Assembly: GCF_040938485.1 (NCBI RefSeq) | Contig: NW_027270903.1 | Coordinates: 2,914,001 to 2,978,000 of the forward strand | DNA from: Diadema antillarum | Taxonomy: Eukaryota | Length of the DNA: 64,000 nucleotides | Reading direction: 5' to 3' | Part shown: positions 62,680 through 64,000 of the stretch, piece after piece | Numbering within the stretch: the stretch's first letter is position 1 | How the letters are laid out: each line of letters opens with the position of its first letter | Notes under the pieces: generated by a model | What the model was told of the DNA's origin: nothing | The model's database searches: none | The model's input: the letters and a program-made list of their open reading frames with translations, nothing else | Position numbers and translations under genes: made by a program

Positions 62680-63255
62680 TTTTACCTCTGCCAAGGAAGG
62701 AGGTTATGTTTTCATTGGCATTTGTTTGTTTGTTTGTTTATCTGTGTGCAAAATAACCCAAAAAGTAGGGAACGGATTTGGATGAAACTTACAGGAAATT
62801 TTGAGAATGACACAAGTAACAGATGATTCAAATTTGGTAGTGGCCCGGGAATTTTGGGGGAATTTATTCATGAAGGATTTTTGATATTTTGGCAAATGGG
62901 GGTCAATGAACTTGGGAGTTCAGGCTGCACGTATTTGTGGTTTGCATGCGCGCGCTAAAGTGCGTGCTCTAGTTTCTGTTAATTTGTCTATTTGTATGAA
63001 TTGTCTGTACCTACAATATATCATTCCTTTAAGGATCCGGTAGCATGGAGATACCATGGAGTGGGAAGGCTGGCCCAGCTCGAATGTATTTGAGAATCCC
63101 TGTAATAACTTGTGCATGGCTTTATCATTTATCTCCATGTAAGTACATACACAGATAAAGAACCTCAACTGGAGTCATCCGTATGTTACCAATGAACGTA
63201 CGATTCAATGCACGTATTTGCTGACCGGTGCTACTCTGGTGCTTCTCGTGGATTT
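62680..63255 (-). mobile_element. HINE-like element (TTTTACCTCYGCCAAGG..AGGTTATGTTTTC type)
   Basis: Begins TTTTTACCTCTGCCAAGGAAGGAGGTTATGTTTTC followed by (GTTT)n; far end approximate. A second start AACTAGAGAAGCACTC..GACCTCCGCCAAG lies at ~63397. Confidence 0.55.
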
Positions 63256-63582
63256 TTAATTCACCCAGGTGGGCAGTGAATAAATTGGGCCACCCATGGA
63301 TCTCCATGCTACCGGCTGTTTAATTGGTGACATTCGGGGAGCTCAAATTGCCACATATGACTAGCATTAACTTCAACTGATCATTCACAGTATCAAACTA
63401 GAGAAGCACTCTGAGAGCACAGACCTCCGCCAAGCATGCAGCTTATTTCCACCACTGATCTTGTTCTTCCATAGAGATCAGTGATTTCCACCCATACGTA
63501 TGCGTGCTGAAAGTCGCCCAATGTTCCAATGTAGAAGCCTTTTGTTACGTCATGAACTTCCAGCTGCATGACGCGCCTCGCC

Positions 63583-64000
63583 TTAACCCTTACTGTTCTG
63601 GGCTATTTGGCTCCATGAAAATACTGGGGGGGGGGGGGGGGGGGGGGCCTCCCCGCCCCCCCCCCCCCCCCATTGATCTCGGAAACGCAATGTCCGATGA
63701 ACTTGAAAATTTGCATGCTGATAGATCTTCGCGTGCTGAATCTAATGGTGTAATTTATTTTAATCAATTATGCAATTTTTGTGCATAATTAGCTAATTAA
63801 TTATTCATAATGCATATTTTATGCATTTGGGGGATATTTTCATAACTTCAGCCTAAACAAGTACAAAATTACATGAAAACTGTGTAAAAATGAAGAATAA
63901 TGTTTCCCAAATGTGAAGTAAATCAATTCTTATCTATTTTTATGAGTACAGCAGATTTGCATAAACTACTAATATGCAAATTTACTACTTATGAATTTTT
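63583..64000 (+). mobile_element. Left end of a probable piggyBac-like non-autonomous element (runs off the window)
   Basis: TTAACCCT terminus followed by G22/C-run and ..ATCTCGGAAAC..GAAAATTTGCATG; the right end is not visible. Confidence 0.4.

Noticed and set aside
1-64000. Remaining 60-150-aa ORFs of the six-frame track; tRNA/rRNA genes
   Set aside because: Most ORFs are chance frames in introns or repeats, or antisense shadows of real exons; no cloverleaf or rRNA sequence was recognised.

Overview
Eukaryotic, AT-rich, intron-containing genomic DNA from an invertebrate deuterostome, probably an echinoderm such as a sea urchin (inferred from the protein sequences and repeat types). Five spliced housekeeping genes could be rebuilt exon by exon with GT-AG junctions and consistent phases: group I NDP kinase (NME1/2-like, minus, 6955-13851), UFM1 (plus, 16574-21643), AIMP1/p43 (minus, 27190-35822), MAT2B (minus, 42472-48127) and the 5' part of PDZD8 (plus, 54404 to beyond the window). 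Introns and intergenic DNA are packed with non-autonomous DNA transposons (Kolobok-like, piggyBac-like, Tc1/pogo-like, Harbinger-like, hAT-like, Helentron/HINE-like) and LINE fragments. Five observations stand out. (1) Two foldback elements share 18/20-nt termini and 4-bp target duplications but carry different palindromic subrepeats; one is an 818-bp spacerless palindrome in AIMP1 intron 1. (2) A 3.85-kb hAT-like element with a 5-bp TSD carries a 197-bp satellite array with dimeric higher-order structure. (3) AIMP1 has an intron-split upstream ATG giving a mitochondrial-type leader. (4) NDPK has an in-frame hydrophobic leader. (5) A hexapeptide uORF may lie in frame ahead of MAT2B. All coordinates were read by eye, and family assignments are from memory, not database searches.
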